From contig JBEUKZ010000054.1 in NCBI GenBank assembly GCA_048128005.1, positions 1,240,001 to 1,304,000 of the forward strand: a stretch of DNA of 64,000 nucleotides, written 5' to 3'. This document shows, piece after piece, positions 63,042 to 64,000 of the stretch (position 1 is its first letter; every line of letters begins with the position of its first letter). The stretch comes from Veleropilina oligotropha (taxonomy: Eukaryota). Under the pieces are notes generated by a model. It saw only the letters and a program-made list of their open reading frames with translations, ran no database searches and had not been told where the DNA came from. Both the position numbers and the translations under genes were made by a program.

Positions 63042-63474
63042 TTTGAAAATACTGAGTCTGTATAAATTTGTTGTTTACTTATAGGCGCGCAAGTGTGTAT
63101 TGAGATAATGTCATTTCCCTGCAGTCAGACTCTGAGAAACATCTGTTTTCCACATTGACGTCACAAATTGGCCGTTCATAATCAGGTCACAGAAAGGCTC
63201 TGTTTTGGATAGATTTTCTGTCACTTCTCAATTAAATACGACATCAAATTTATCACAGTAAGCAAGATGACCGCATAATAAATCTTTGTAAGTGGTGTTT
63301 GGACAAGTTTTATGTATGAGACCTGGACTTGAATGCAAAGACAAAAAACCAGGGGTCTGCTAACTAATCAAAATAATGTTGACAAGTGGTTATCAAACTT
63401 CCAAATCAACCAATTAATGTTTTGAGATCAAAAGTTTTACTTGAGAAATCAAATCAATTCTCATGATTTTTCAG

Positions 63475-63676
63475 AGCCTTCGCTGTCGGCATTTATGCGA
63501 CCAACAATCCAGAAGCCTGCGAATACATCCTGAAGGACTGCGAGGCCAACATAGCAATCGTGGAAAACGATATGCAGCTGCATAAAGTATTACAAATTCG
63601 CAAGAATTTACCGCATCTCAAGGCCATTGTACAATACAAGGGCAGACTATCCCAGCAGCTGCCCAATTTGTATACG
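63475..63676 (+). CDS. ACSBG: ACSBG coding exon 6 (gene continues beyond the window)
   Basis: TTTTTCAG acceptor and ACG|GTATGT donor; AFAVGIYATNNPEACEYILKDCEANIAIVENDMQLHKVLQIRKNLPHLKAIVQYKGRLSQQLPNLYT is typical of the ACSBG AMP-binding domain. Confidence 0.97.
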
Positions 63677-64000
63677 GTATGTACTGTCTTCAGTGTTCGA
63701 AATTAACTATTATTTGCTGGCCAGAGGCCACCAAAATCGTCGTCGTGCCAATCAATTTCACTATAAGAAAGTCTGTCGGGCCAATAGATTTTGCGGTAAT
63801 TAAAATTCACAAAGCATCTGTCCAATCAGAAACCAAATATATCGTCATAGCACTTGCCAGGTCGTCGGCTATCATGTCAATAGTTGCGTAATTCTTGAAG
63901 ACGCCAAGTGTACACAACGGATAACGGTCCAGATAGCAAGGTTATAAAGTTGTCAAAATGACTTGCATGTACTTGCAACTGCAGCCACTATGCTCAACTG

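Overview
Eukaryotic, AT-rich, repeat-dense genomic DNA, probably from an invertebrate (the repeat landscape looks lophotrochozoan; this is an inference). The only host gene I can support is the 5' part of a + strand bubblegum-family long-chain acyl-CoA synthetase (ACSBG). It has six coding exons from 50504 to 63676, none called in the correct frame by the ORF track, includes one GC-AG intron, and continues beyond the window. The rest is transposon debris and tandem arrays: degraded RTE, RTEX-like and L2/CR1-group LINE fragments, a multi-copy tRNA-derived SINE, Helentron-associated (HINE-like) elements, Kolobok/hAT-like MITEs, a THAP pseudogene, several long palindromes and about ten minisatellites (largest 5.9 kb). 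The most interesting object is a young non-autonomous Gypsy-type LTR element (20684-23821; 945-bp LTRs, CATA TSD, tRNA-Lys PBS, truncated PNMA-like gag). Each LTR holds an exact 100-bp direct repeat bounded by a splice donor, a poly(A) signal and a splice acceptor, which suggests an intron-containing LTR that is regenerated during reverse transcription. Second is a minisatellite built from an ACSBG exon/intron junction, which creates a run of decoy splice donors. All alignments were done by eye.
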